DNA of 64,000 bases from Armatimonadota bacterium (lineage in GTDB: Bacteria > Armatimonadota > SYMT01): NCBI GenBank assembly GCA_046292385.1, contig JBKBRF010000018.1, positions 1 to 64,000 on the forward strand, written 5' to 3'. Numbering within the stretch: position 1 is the first letter of the stretch; every line of letters starts with the position of its first letter. The notes under the pieces were generated by a model that had not been told where the DNA came from, did not search any database, and was given only the letters and a program-made list of their open reading frames with translations. The position numbers were made by a program, and so were the translations under genes. Positions 20,001-29,754 of the stretch are shown piece by piece.

Positions 20001-20125
20001 GTCGTCGAAGGGTGGTCCTGCTGGTCCTTCCGCGCTCATTAACACAGCAGGCAGCCCCTCTCCGGCTCGCGCAGCCGTGGGCGCCGGGCAGATGAAATCT
20101 CCACCCTGATGCAGGTTTGGTGGTC

Positions 20126-21592
20126 ATGGCAAGAAGCAAGCATTCGTTAGGATTGGAATACCTGGGCGACGAGATCCGGATGGTGCTCGTGGAGAGCACC
20201 GAGGAAGGCGTCGAGGTGCGGCACATGCAGACGGTCCGCGCCACGGAAGAGCTGCCTCGCGTCTTCCGGGCGCTGCCCCGGCGGCCGTCGTCCGTCACCT
20301 GCGTGGTCCCGCTGGAGCAGGCGGCGCTCCGGATCCTCGACCTGCCGCCGACCACCGAGGAGAACCTCGACCGCGTGGTGACGATGGAGGCGGAGACGGT
20401 GCTGCCGCTCTCCGCGGAGGAGCTGGCGCTCTCCTACCACGTGCTCGGCATGACGGAGCAGTCCCGCCTGGAGGTGATGCTGGCCGCGGCCCGGCAGAAC
20501 GTGGTGCAGAACCTGCTGAAGCGGGTCAACTGCGCTCCGTGGGTGTCGGCCACCGTTACCGTGACTCCGGTGGCGCTCTACAACGCGGTGCAGCAGCTCC
20601 GCGGTCCCAGCAGCGAGCCGGTCTGCGCCATCCTGAAAGTGGAAGAGCGGCACAGCGAGTTCCTGGTGATGGACCGCGCCCGCATCATCCTGGCCCAGCC
20701 GATTCCGGTGGGCTGCGCCAGCGAGGTCCCCGCGCCGGCCCCGGAGCCGGTGAGCGTGGGGGGCGGCGAAGGGTCCGCGCCGGCGGTCGCCGCGGCGCCG
20801 GGTTGGGCGCGCACCCTGGCTCAGCAACTTCGCTATGCCGTGCAGGCACTTTCTTATGAACGCGGTCTCCAGATCCAGCGTCTCTACCTATGCGGCAAAG
20901 GCGCCGGAGAGCCCGGTGCGGACTGGGAAGTGAGCGAGGCGCTCGACTGTCCCGTAACGCTCCTCTCCTTTCCCGCCGGCGATCCGGCGGAGGCGGCGAC
21001 CTACGCCACGGCCTACGGGTGCGCGGTGCAGGCCGCGGGCAAGGCGGCGGTAACGCTCAACCTGACCCCGGCCCGCGTGGCGGTGGCGCGGGAAGTAGAG
21101 CAGCGGCGCCAGGCCCAGGTCTCCTGGGGCGCCCTGGCGGCGGCCGTCGTGGCCGCGGCAGGACTGGTATTCGGCGCGATGGTGTATCGAGAGCAGCAGG
21201 GACTGGCGGCGGACCAGGAAAAGCTTCGGCAGGTGCAGGCGCTCGGCGTCCGCGCCCCGGAGGCGCTGCCGTCTCGCGTCAAGAGCTCCGCCCAGGCAGT
21301 GCAGGCCCAGCTCGAGACACGCGTGCCGCCGGCCCGCCTGCTCACCGTGCTGAGCCAGCAGCTTCCCGCCGGCACCTGGCTGGCCGAGCTGAGCTACCAG
21401 TCGGATGGAAACACCGTCCTCCGCGCCCACACCACCGATCCGCGGGGCGCGCAGCAGACGCAGATCCGCCTGCTGCGCCTGCAGATGTTCGACGAGATCA
21501 CCCTCGACTTCAGCAACCAGGAGGCGATCAACAACGTTCCGGTGTGGGCCTTCCAGCTTACCTGCCGGCAGAAGCGGGAGCTGGGGCGATGA
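20126..21592 (+). CDS. GspL-like / PilM-PilN fusion protein
   Basis: Actin-like N-terminal domain (LGLE, MLAAAR, LYLCGKGA, AYG.A); NLTP then TM and PilN-like C-terminus (LPAGTWL). Confidence 0.75.
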   Translation: MARSKHSLGLEYLGDEIRMVLVESTEEGVEVRHMQTVRATEELPRVFRALPRRPSSVTCVVPLEQAALRILDLPPTTEENLDRVVTMEAETVLPLSAEELALSYHVLGMTEQSRLEVMLAAARQNVVQNLLKRVNCAPWVSATVTVTPVALYNAVQQLRGPSSEPVCAILKVEERHSEFLVMDRARIILAQPIPVGCASEVPAPAPEPVSVGGGEGSAPAVAAAPGWARTLAQQLRYAVQALSYERGLQIQRLYLCGKGAGEPGADWEVSEALDCPVTLLSFPAGDPAEAATYATAYGCAVQAAGKAAVTLNLTPARVAVAREVEQRRQAQVSWGALAAAVVAAAGLVFGAMVYREQQGLAADQEKLRQVQALGVRAPEALPSRVKSSAQAVQAQLETRVPPARLLTVLSQQLPAGTWLAELSYQSDGNTVLRAHTTDPRGAQQTQIRLLRLQMFDEITLDFSNQEAINNVPVWAFQLTCRQKRELGR

Positions 21593-22146
21593 TGAGCGGG
21601 ATCTCCGAGCGCGATCAACGGACGCTGAAGCTCGGCGGGATCGCCGTGGTGGTGCTGATCCTCGTCACCTTCGTCGGCGGTCCGATCGCCGACTACTGGA
21701 AGGGGATCCAGGACGAGCGCACCCGGGTACAGGGCGAGCTGATCGCCATCCAGGACGCGCTGAACGACCAGGTCTCGCTCACGCAGACGAAGGCGGGCCT
21801 GGAGAAGCTGGCCACGATCCACGAGACGGAAGCGACTCTCAATAGCCAGACGGCGCGGCTGCTGCAGCAGGTGGAGCAGCTTGCCGGCTACGAGCGGATG
21901 AGGGTCCAGCGCCTGGAAGGACTTCCCGGTCGCGCCGACGAGGAGTATTATCGGAGCGGCGTCTCGCTCCAGTTTCGGGGGCAGCTCACCGACGTCCACC
22001 AGTTCCTCGACTCGGTCGGCAAGGCGGCGCCCGGAATCAAGGTGGAGCGACTGACCGTCACGGCCGCGCAGGACGATCCTTCCCGCGTGGAGGGACAGAT
22101 GGTGCTCTACGGCTACGCGGTAGTGATGCAGGGAGGGAACGGATGA
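21589..22146 (+). CDS. GspM/PilO-like protein
   Basis: SERDQR then TM, coiled coil and ferredoxin-like tail (FRG.L..V.QFL); ATGA overlap. Confidence 0.75.
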   Translation: MMSGISERDQRTLKLGGIAVVVLILVTFVGGPIADYWKGIQDERTRVQGELIAIQDALNDQVSLTQTKAGLEKLATIHETEATLNSQTARLLQQVEQLAGYERMRVQRLEGLPGRADEEYYRSGVSLQFRGQLTDVHQFLDSVGKAAPGIKVERLTVTAAQDDPSRVEGQMVLYGYAVVMQGGNG

Positions 22147-23039
22147 GCCAGAAGCCCAACGCGCCGAAGCTGGATCTGCGCACGATGACGGTAGCGCTGG
22201 CAGGCGGCGGCGTGCTGTTCTTCGTCGCCGCGCAGCTGCTGGCGAAGCCGGACGTGCGGCAGGCCGCGCCGACCGCCAACGCTGCCGGCCGGAGCCCCGC
22301 GGGACAGGAAGCGCCCGCCGCGCGCACCCGCCTGGCCGCCGATCCCCCGCTGCGCCCGCTCTTCCGCCCCCTGGTGAGCAACGAGCGCCCGACCCGCAGC
22401 CCCGGTCTCACGCTCCAGGAGGTGCCGACGCTGCCGGCCAATCAGCCGGAGGTGCCCGTCGTCGCTCCGCCCACCCCACCGCCCACCAGCCCGCCGCCGC
22501 AGGCGGTGCTGCCGCGCGGTCCCCGCGCTTCAGATATCGAGATGCTCGGCGTGGTGGAGCTGGGAGATCAGCCGCAGGTACTGCTGAAGAAGCGCGACAC
22601 CGGCGAGAGCCGGTACTTCGCCAAGGGTGAGGATGCCTTCGGGTTCTTGGTGGAGGAGTTCCGCGACAGCGAAGTGCGCCTGGCCCGCGAGGGACGCTCG
22701 GAGACGGTCCGCATGAGCACCGCGGCGGTGCTGGAAGGCCCTGGTCCGACCGGCAGCACCGGCTCCGGCGGCGGTTTCGGCGGCGGCTTCGGCGGACGCC
22801 GCGACCGGGGCGACCGCGGAGATCGTGGGGACCGCGGTGACCGGGGCGGTCGCGGCGACGCGAGCGGCCCGGCCGGCGGCTCCGGCGGCGGGTTCACGAA
22901 GACCGACATCATGAGCCTTCCGACCTGGACCGAGCGGCTCAAGAAGCTCGAGGAGATCAAGAGCACGCTCGACCCGAAGGAATACGAGAGCCTGAAGAAG
23001 TTCATCAGTGCCAAGGCCGAGGCCGAAGCGAAGAAGTAA
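22143..23039 (+). CDS. GspC/PilP-like protein 1 with RGD/Gly-rich tail
   Basis: TM, PLFRPLVS, Pro-rich linker, MLGVV..QVLL..GEDAFGF.V HR-like core, (GDR)n repeat. Confidence 0.65.
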   Translation: MSQKPNAPKLDLRTMTVALAGGGVLFFVAAQLLAKPDVRQAAPTANAAGRSPAGQEAPAARTRLAADPPLRPLFRPLVSNERPTRSPGLTLQEVPTLPANQPEVPVVAPPTPPPTSPPPQAVLPRGPRASDIEMLGVVELGDQPQVLLKKRDTGESRYFAKGEDAFGFLVEEFRDSEVRLAREGRSETVRMSTAAVLEGPGPTGSTGSGGGFGGGFGGRRDRGDRGDRGDRGDRGGRGDASGPAGGSGGGFTKTDIMSLPTWTERLKKLEEIKSTLDPKEYESLKKFISAKAEAEAKK

Positions 23040-23072
23040 TCCCTGGCCGGGAAGGCCTGGAGGTAAGGTGTC

Positions 23073-24422
23073 ATGCGTCCCATACCTAGCCGGATGGTGC
23101 TGATGTCCGCGGGCGGCGTGCTCGTGGCGGGTGTCGCCTGGGCCGGTACGATCTACAGCGCGCCGTCCGCGGCGCCGGGTCCGGACCCGATCACGATGCG
23201 CGCGCTGGCGGACCGCCTGGAAGCAGTGCCGGCCGAAGACGCGGAGCTGGAGGTCGAGAGCGCCACCCGCACGGTGCCGTTCGGAGGCGCCCGCACCGGT
23301 CTCCCGGAGGGGAGCAAGCTGACCGTCCGCCAGGTTCGGCCGGCTGCCGCGACGCCGGCGGGTGAGCAGCGTCCCGTCGTCACCGCTGCCACGATTACCG
23401 TCCCCGTGGCCGAGCCGGAGGACCCGGTCAAGAGCATCGCGCTCACCGCCGTCGTCAACGAGGACAGCGGCGAGCAGGCGCTGCTGGTGAACATCCGGAC
23501 GCGCGACCGCGAGACGGTGAGCGAAGGCGACCAGGTCTTCGGCTTCACGGTGCGCGACATCCAGCCGGAGGCGGTGCTCCTGGCGCGGGGAGGCGGCGAG
23601 TACACCGTGCGCCTCGGCGATAAGATCATCCCCGCCGGCGATGGAGGTTTCGGCACTGCGGTGACCGCGGACGGTGAAGCCGGGGGACCCGGCGGCCCGG
23701 GTGGGCCGTTCGGCGGGCCGGAAGGCTTCTCCGGGTTCGGCGGCTTCGGCGGCCCGGACGACGCACGCCGCGCCGAGTGGATGCAGCGGATGGCGCAGGG
23801 CGGCTTCGGCCGGGGCGGCTTCGGCGGCGGCAACAACTGGAACCGCGGCGGCGGCAACTGGGGCGGCGGCAACAACGGGAGCCGGGCCAGCTCCAACCGG
23901 AGTCGCAGCAGCAACAACCGGAACTGGAGCAGCGCCAGTCGCAACACCGGCGGCTGGGGTGGGAACCGCGGCGGCTTCGGGGGCGGCGGATTTGGAGGCG
24001 GCGGTTTCGCTGGCAACCGGACGGGCGGCTTCGGGGGAGGCGGATTTGGAGGCGGCGGCTTCGCTGGCAACCGGACGGGCGGCTTCGGCGGCGGCGGTTT
24101 TGGCGGCGGCGGCTTCGGCGGCAATCGCGGGATGACCGGCTCGGCGGCGAGTGCCTCTTCTTCCAACCCGCAGACCGCTCGCCGGAACGGCACGCGCCCG
24201 TCCGGCGGGAGCGGCGCCTCGACGACCCCGCAGCCGATCCAGAACCCGCAGACCGCCCGGCGGACCGGCAGCAGCAGCGGCCCGGCGTTCGGCGAGACCA
24301 CCGGCAGCGGCGGCTTTGGAAACAGTGGTGGGAGAGGAAAAACTGGAAGTGGTTGTTTGGGAAGCACCACCCGAACCGGCCGTGGGGTCACTGGTCCGAT
24401 TGTCGCGTGGGCGGGGTGCTGA
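23073..24422 (+). CDS. GspC/PilP-like protein 2 with long G/F/N-rich low-complexity tail
   Basis: Signal/TM; LTAVV..ALL..EGDQVFGFTV..V.L core; GGFGG repeats; true C-terminus uncertain. Confidence 0.65.
   Translation: MRPIPSRMVLMSAGGVLVAGVAWAGTIYSAPSAAPGPDPITMRALADRLEAVPAEDAELEVESATRTVPFGGARTGLPEGSKLTVRQVRPAAATPAGEQRPVVTAATITVPVAEPEDPVKSIALTAVVNEDSGEQALLVNIRTRDRETVSEGDQVFGFTVRDIQPEAVLLARGGGEYTVRLGDKIIPAGDGGFGTAVTADGEAGGPGGPGGPFGGPEGFSGFGGFGGPDDARRAEWMQRMAQGGFGRGGFGGGNNWNRGGGNWGGGNNGSRASSNRSRSSNNRNWSSASRNTGGWGGNRGGFGGGGFGGGGFAGNRTGGFGGGGFGGGGFAGNRTGGFGGGGFGGGGFGGNRGMTGSAASASSSNPQTARRNGTRPSGGSGASTTPQPIQNPQTARRTGSSSGPAFGETTGSGGFGNSGGRGKTGSGCLGSTTRTGRGVTGPIVAWAGC
23970..24130 (+). repeat. Intragenic 54-bp tandem repeat x3 (GGFGGGGFGGGGFAGNRT)
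   Basis: Units begin at 23970, 24024 and 24078. Confidence 0.85.
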
Positions 24423-24517
24423 TCCCCGCCCACCACCAGCCCGCACGGGCTTCTTTTTTGCACCTCTAGCAATCGAACGCCGGTCCCGCGACCGGTCCCG
24501 ATATTCTCTCCACGCTT

Positions 24518-27076
24518 ATGCCACGCACCCTCCGCGCCCTCACTCTCCTGGCGCTCACCGCGCTGATGGTCCTGACGATCGCCCTCCAGGCGAGCGCGCA
24601 GGTGGTGATCGTCCCCCGGCGGACCGATCCCAGCCAGGAGATCGCGTTCAGCTTCCAGCAGGCGGACATCGATGACGTGCTCCGCTTCCTCGCGGACGCC
24701 ACCGGCAAGATCGTCTTCAAAGACCCGGCGGTGCAGACGCAGATCACCATCCGCAACCAGACCCGGATGCCGCTGCAGCGCGCGATCGGCCTCCTCTCGG
24801 AGATCCTCGCGCTCAAGGGATACGCGCTGATCGAGCGAGAGAATTCGATCATCGTCACCACGCGAGACGAGGGGATCCGGCGAAGAAGCACCAGCGTTAC
24901 CGCCGGAAAGAACGTCGAGGACATCCCGCGCGGCAACCAGATCATCACGCACATCTTCCCGCTGACGAGCGCGGACGCGGTGCGGATCCGGGAAGAGCTG
25001 CAGCCGCTCTTCCCGCAGGGCGCGGGCGGCATCATGTTCGCCAACGCCGCCACCAACTCGCTCGTCGTGATCGATGAGGCCGACGTGGTGCGGCGCATCG
25101 CGGAGATCATCAACCGACTCGACCGCGACCTGGTGGACGAGGTGACGGTGGAGGTGATCCAGCTCCAGTTCGCGGACGCGGCGGAGGTGGCGGACTACCT
25201 GGAAGAGCTCTTCGAGCCGGAAGACATGAACCGCCAGGGCCAGCCGCAGCTGCAGCCCGGCCGCCCCGGCCAGCCGCCGATGCCGGCCACCCCCGCACAG
25301 AGCAGCAGCCTGGCGGCGCTGCGCGGCCGCGTGCGCTTCGCGGCGGACACGCGCAGCAACTCGCTCATCATCCACGCCAGCCCGCAGAACATTGAGGCGG
25401 TGAAAGAGATCATCGCCCAGATCGACGTCAACGTCGCGCCGCGCACGGAATACCGGATCATCAAGCTCGAGTTCGCGGACGCCACCTACCTTGCGGACCA
25501 GCTCACGCAGCTCGTGAATACCGGCCAGGCCGGCTTCGGCGGCTTCTTCGGCGGTTTCGGCGGCTTCGGCGGCAACCGCAACAACCAGAACCGCACCGGG
25601 GCGCTCGTCGACTACCGCGTGGTGCCGGACGTTCGGACCAACTCGCTCATCATCACGGCGCCGCTCGACGCGATCGAGAACCTCGAGGCGCTGGTGCAGC
25701 GTCTGGACCGCCCCTCCAACGTGCAGGACGTGGTCCGCGTCTTCCAGCTCGAGAACGCCATCGCGAGCGAGGTCGCCACCACGCTGCGCAACCTGTTCCT
25801 GGGCGTGCAGCAGACCGGAGGCTTCGGCTTCGGCCTCTTCGGCGGCGGCCAGCGCGGCCAGATCCCGCCGAACAGCCCGCTCGACCAGCTCCGACAGGTC
25901 ACGATCGTGCCGAACGACCAGACCAACCAGCTCCTGATCAGCGGTCCCGCCGGCACTTTCCCGGTGATCGAGACGCTGCTCGACCGCCAGACCGGTCTCG
26001 ACCGGCGCCTGCCGCAGGTCTTCATCGAGGTGCTGATCGCCGACATCACGCTGGACGACGAGACCCGCTTCGGGATCGAGTGGAACGCCATGGCCGGCAC
26101 CAGCGCGCTGGGGACCAACTTCGGCCTCACCTCGCCGACCGCGGACAACACCGGCTTCCGCTACAGCGTGCTGAGCCGGAACATCCAGGCGACCCTGCAG
26201 GCGCTCCGGACGACCGACCGGATCAAGATCGTCTCCACGCCCCACGTGATGGTGACCGACAACAGCCCGGCCATTATCTCGATCGGTGAAAACATCCCCT
26301 ACGCGGGAGAGACCACCTTTACCCAGGGCGTGGCGCAGACCTCGGTGGAGTTCCAGGACGTGGCGATCACGCTCAACGTGACGCCGCACATCTCGCCCGG
26401 CGGTCACATCCTGATGGATATCGACCAGGTGGTAAACTCGCTGATCGGCTTCATCGACGTGGGCCCCAACCAGGTGGCCCCGCGCACCACCAACCGCCGC
26501 GCCGGCACCACGGTGATCGTGCAGGACAACCAGACGGTGGCGCTGGGCGGGATCATCAGCAGCGATGAGATCCGCAGCATCCAGAAGATCCCGATCCTGG
26601 GCGACATCCCGCTCCTCGGGCAGCTCTTCCGGAACACCACCAAGTCGAAGTCCCGCACGGAGCTGGTGGTCTTCATCACCCCCCGCATCGTGACCGACAC
26701 GTTCGCGGCGGAAGACATTCGCGACTACGAGCGGAGCCGGCTGCAGGTCGACCCGCTGAAGGTGCTCGACGCGCCGTTCAAACGGCCGCTCGAGATCGAC
26801 GCGGAGCGCCTGCGGATGCAGCGCCGGCCGGAGCCGCTGGATAACACCCAGTTCTTCTATCCGAACCGCCGGCCGCTGGATGGCGGGCTCGGGACCCCGG
26901 TGGATCCGGGTACCCCGACCGATCCGGTGCCTCCCACCGATCCCGGGCGGGGCGGGCCACCCTCGCCGCCGGGAGGAGGGTCCGGCCGAGCGCCGGAGCC
27001 ACGCGAGGCGCCGAAGTCGAGCGAGTCACCCGAACCGGTCGGGGCTGCGACTGGCGCTCCGGGCCAACAGGAGTAG
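24518..27076 (+). CDS. gspD: Type II secretion secretin GspD
   Basis: Signal peptide; repeated N-domains (TNSLVV, SNSLII, TNSLII, TNQLLI); QVFIEVLI, STPHV, VTPHI, KIPILGDIPLLGQLF, ELVVFITPRIV. Confidence 0.95.
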   Translation: MPRTLRALTLLALTALMVLTIALQASAQVVIVPRRTDPSQEIAFSFQQADIDDVLRFLADATGKIVFKDPAVQTQITIRNQTRMPLQRAIGLLSEILALKGYALIERENSIIVTTRDEGIRRRSTSVTAGKNVEDIPRGNQIITHIFPLTSADAVRIREELQPLFPQGAGGIMFANAATNSLVVIDEADVVRRIAEIINRLDRDLVDEVTVEVIQLQFADAAEVADYLEELFEPEDMNRQGQPQLQPGRPGQPPMPATPAQSSSLAALRGRVRFAADTRSNSLIIHASPQNIEAVKEIIAQIDVNVAPRTEYRIIKLEFADATYLADQLTQLVNTGQAGFGGFFGGFGGFGGNRNNQNRTGALVDYRVVPDVRTNSLIITAPLDAIENLEALVQRLDRPSNVQDVVRVFQLENAIASEVATTLRNLFLGVQQTGGFGFGLFGGGQRGQIPPNSPLDQLRQVTIVPNDQTNQLLISGPAGTFPVIETLLDRQTGLDRRLPQVFIEVLIADITLDDETRFGIEWNAMAGTSALGTNFGLTSPTADNTGFRYSVLSRNIQATLQALRTTDRIKIVSTPHVMVTDNSPAIISIGENIPYAGETTFTQGVAQTSVEFQDVAITLNVTPHISPGGHILMDIDQVVNSLIGFIDVGPNQVAPRTTNRRAGTTVIVQDNQTVALGGIISSDEIRSIQKIPILGDIPLLGQLFRNTTKSKSRTELVVFITPRIVTDTFAAEDIRDYERSRLQVDPLKVLDAPFKRPLEIDAERLRMQRRPEPLDNTQFFYPNRRPLDGGLGTPVDPGTPTDPVPPTDPGRGGPPSPPGGGSGRAPEPREAPKSSESPEPVGAATGAPGQQE

Positions 27077-27094
27077 CGCGCTCCCCCATCGCCC

Positions 27095-27129
27095 CAGAAA
27101 GGCCTCCCGCTGCCGGGAGGCCTTTTCTG
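27095..27129 (+). terminator. Rho-independent terminator after gspD
   Basis: AGGCCTCCCG/CGGGAGGCCT stem followed by a T-run. Confidence 0.8.
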
Positions 27130-27261
27130 TGTCTCCCACCAACCTTCTGCTCCGGCGCCGCATTTCCGGTAACGGGTTTGCAGACACGATCGAACTACTT
27201 TGCCGTGTAAAGCTACTGTAACGGCAGAGCAGACGACCCGGATCGGAAGGAGGCTGAGGAG

Positions 27262-29754
27262 ATGGGTGCTTCCAGGCGCAGGTTCTTCGCGGGAGCGGCG
27301 GTGCTGCTCACCCTCGTTTCGGTCGCGGTGGAGGTAACCACCCGCATCTGCGCTTCCTACTTCTTCGACCCGCTGCCAAACGCGCTGGCGATCGGCACTT
27401 ACCTCTTCCTGGCGGGGATCATCCTGCTCAACGAGCGGCAGATCCGCCGGGCAGAGCAGACGCTCCACACCCTGCACCAGGCGCCCTCGCCGGGGCAGAT
27501 GCGCGCCGCGTTCACCACCGTGGGCCTGGGCCTGGGAATCGCGATCGCGTTCACCCTGCTCTTCCTGCCGCTCCTGCCGATCGCGATCTTCCCGATGAGC
27601 TGGTTCGGCGGCGGCTTCTGCGGCCTGAGCCCACTCCTCAACCTGCTGGTGCTGCTGGCGCAGCTCGGCAAGCTGGAATCACTCCAGGCCGCGGGCGGAG
27701 CGCTCCCCCGGACGCAGGCCTGGACGGCGCTCACCCTGGCGATCCTGGCGGGAGTCGTGCTCTGCGTCGGCCGCCCGGTGGCGGTCGGCTACTTCCTGGA
27801 AAAGGCGCTGGTCTCCCGCTCCGAGCGCGCTAAGGCGATGCCGTGGCTCCGGCGGCTCGACGCGGCCGACGAGGTCCTGCGCCTCTGCTACGGCGTCAAC
27901 AGCTCCGGCTGGGTCTGGTTGGGCCGCACGTTCGGTACCGCGCCCGACCGCGACGAGCACGATCCACGGCGGAACGCGCGGCGGCTCTACTACCTCCTCA
28001 CGGGCAGCTCCTTCCGCAACGTGGAGCCGCCATCCGCCGCCCTGCAATTCACCCGATGGGACGACAGCACCTGGGCGGTCGAGGGCGGGGATGAAGCCGT
28101 GGGCCGCGCGATCGACGGCCTGAGTCTCGCCTCCTCCCGCATCGACGGGGTCCTCGATCCGGAGACGGAGACGGCGCAGTACGAGTGGACCGCCACTTTC
28201 CGGAACGAGAGCTCGATCCCGGAGGAGGCGCGCGCGAGCCTGCTGCTGCCGGAGGGGGCCGTGGTCGACAAGGCGTCGCTCTGGATCGACGGCGAAGAGC
28301 GCCCGGCGGCGTTCGGACGGCGCGACCTGGTGCAGCAGGCTTACGAGGCGATCGCGGTCCGCGAGCAGCGCGACCCGCTCCTGGTGACGGCGCGAGACAG
28401 CGGCGAGGTGATGATCCGGTGCTTCCCGGTGCCGGAGCGTGGGGAGATGAAGATCCGCCTCGGCTTCAGCGCGCCGCTGCGCTGGCATGACTCGCAGGCT
28501 CCGCGCCTGCGGCTGCACCTGCCGGCGCTCCAGCAGGTCAACTTCCGGATCCCCGCCTCGCTCGCGCAGGACGTCTGGCTGGAAGGGGCCTGGCCGGAGG
28601 GCCGCGGACGCCTCTCCGCAGGCGGAGGTTGGGAGCTCTCGAGCGGCACCCGGCGCGACAGGCCGTCCGCCGCGCCCCGCCACTCCGCGCGAGTCCGGCT
28701 CTCCGGCGCCGCGATCCTCGCCCCTCCCCCGCTCGACCTCCTCGACGCTCCGCGCCCGCGGCCGGGCGACCGCCTCTCGGCGGAGCTCGTCCGCCGCTCC
28801 GATCCGTTCGCCCCGGCGAAGAGCCCGCTCGACCTGCTGGTCCTGGTCGAGAACACCCGGGCGGTCAGTGCCGGACTGGGCGAAGACGACCTCCGCCGGC
28901 TCGATGCGGCGCTCGACCGGCTCCCCGCCGGCTCCCGGGTCGCGCTGGCGACTGTCGACGAGCTCGCCCGCCCGAAGCCGGCGGCGCTCCGGTGGCGCGC
29001 GCCGGAAGAGCGGCCCGCCGGCTGGTGGCGCGCGATCGAGTTCGTCGGCGGGATCGACCCGGTCCCGGCGCTGGAGAAGGCCTGGAAGATTGCCGCCGCC
29101 CGCCGCAGCCCCTCCGCCATCCTCTGGATCCATTCCGCCATTCCCGCCGAGTTGGCGGAGGCCTCCGTGCTGTCGGTCAACCTCGAGCGGCGCCGTGACG
29201 GCCCCGCGCTCGTTGGGCTGCAGGTCGGCCAGGGCGAGGACGCGCTGATGCGGGAGCTAGGCGGCAGCCACCGGATCTTCGCGCTGGCCCGGCGAGCGCC
29301 GGAGACCCTGGCGGAAGCAGTCGAGCTCGCCGCCGTCGCCGCCACGGCGCCGCTGGTGGAGGGCGCGGTCCCGCTCGGCGGACGCGAGCCGGCGATCAAC
29401 GGCACCTACGTCGCCGCGGAGACGGCCGGCAAAACCACCGCCTCTCGCCTCGCCGCCTACAGCCGGGTCCTCGCGCCATGGTACCGCGGCGCGCGCGAAG
29501 GCAAGGAGATCGAGGCGGCGCAGAAGCTCGCCATCGCGCGGCGGCTGGTCACCCCGATGAGCGGCGCGGTGGTGCTGGAGAACAGGGAGCAGTACGAGCG
29601 GTTCGCCCTCGATCCGAACGCCGGCGCCGACTCGATCCCCAGCGTCCCGGAGCCGGGCATGCTGGCGCTGCTGGCGGCAGCGGGCGGCATGGCCGCCGCC
29701 GCCAGGGTGCGGGCCCGCCGCCGAAAGAAGGAAGCGGACGAGTGTCTCAGCTAA
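27262..29754 (+). CDS. Multi-TM VIT-domain protein with C-terminal PEP-CTERM sorting signal
   Basis: About 5 N-terminal TM helices; VIT motifs (EAR..L.LPEGAVV...LWIDGEER.A, RDPLLV, CFPV); LVTP.SGAVVLE; SVPEP + hydrophobic stretch + RRRKK. Confidence 0.85.
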   Translation: MGASRRRFFAGAAVLLTLVSVAVEVTTRICASYFFDPLPNALAIGTYLFLAGIILLNERQIRRAEQTLHTLHQAPSPGQMRAAFTTVGLGLGIAIAFTLLFLPLLPIAIFPMSWFGGGFCGLSPLLNLLVLLAQLGKLESLQAAGGALPRTQAWTALTLAILAGVVLCVGRPVAVGYFLEKALVSRSERAKAMPWLRRLDAADEVLRLCYGVNSSGWVWLGRTFGTAPDRDEHDPRRNARRLYYLLTGSSFRNVEPPSAALQFTRWDDSTWAVEGGDEAVGRAIDGLSLASSRIDGVLDPETETAQYEWTATFRNESSIPEEARASLLLPEGAVVDKASLWIDGEERPAAFGRRDLVQQAYEAIAVREQRDPLLVTARDSGEVMIRCFPVPERGEMKIRLGFSAPLRWHDSQAPRLRLHLPALQQVNFRIPASLAQDVWLEGAWPEGRGRLSAGGGWELSSGTRRDRPSAAPRHSARVRLSGAAILAPPPLDLLDAPRPRPGDRLSAELVRRSDPFAPAKSPLDLLVLVENTRAVSAGLGEDDLRRLDAALDRLPAGSRVALATVDELARPKPAALRWRAPEERPAGWWRAIEFVGGIDPVPALEKAWKIAAARRSPSAILWIHSAIPAELAEASVLSVNLERRRDGPALVGLQVGQGEDALMRELGGSHRIFALARRAPETLAEAVELAAVAATAPLVEGAVPLGGREPAINGTYVAAETAGKTTASRLAAYSRVLAPWYRGAREGKEIEAAQKLAIARRLVTPMSGAVVLENREQYERFALDPNAGADSIPSVPEPGMLALLAAAGGMAAAARVRARRRKKEADECLS

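Noticed and set aside
23153..26407. Very long antisense ORFs (e.g. 1084 aa here; 51851-54826; 2419-4542; 33138-35279)
   Set aside because: Shadow frames of real genes in high-GC DNA; no motifs, and the opposite strand has clear family signatures
12752..27076. Type IV pilus rather than T2SS
   Set aside because: GspG-specific DPWG motif, a GspK homolog, a multi-N-domain GspD-type secretin and no pilT in the cluster favour T2SS
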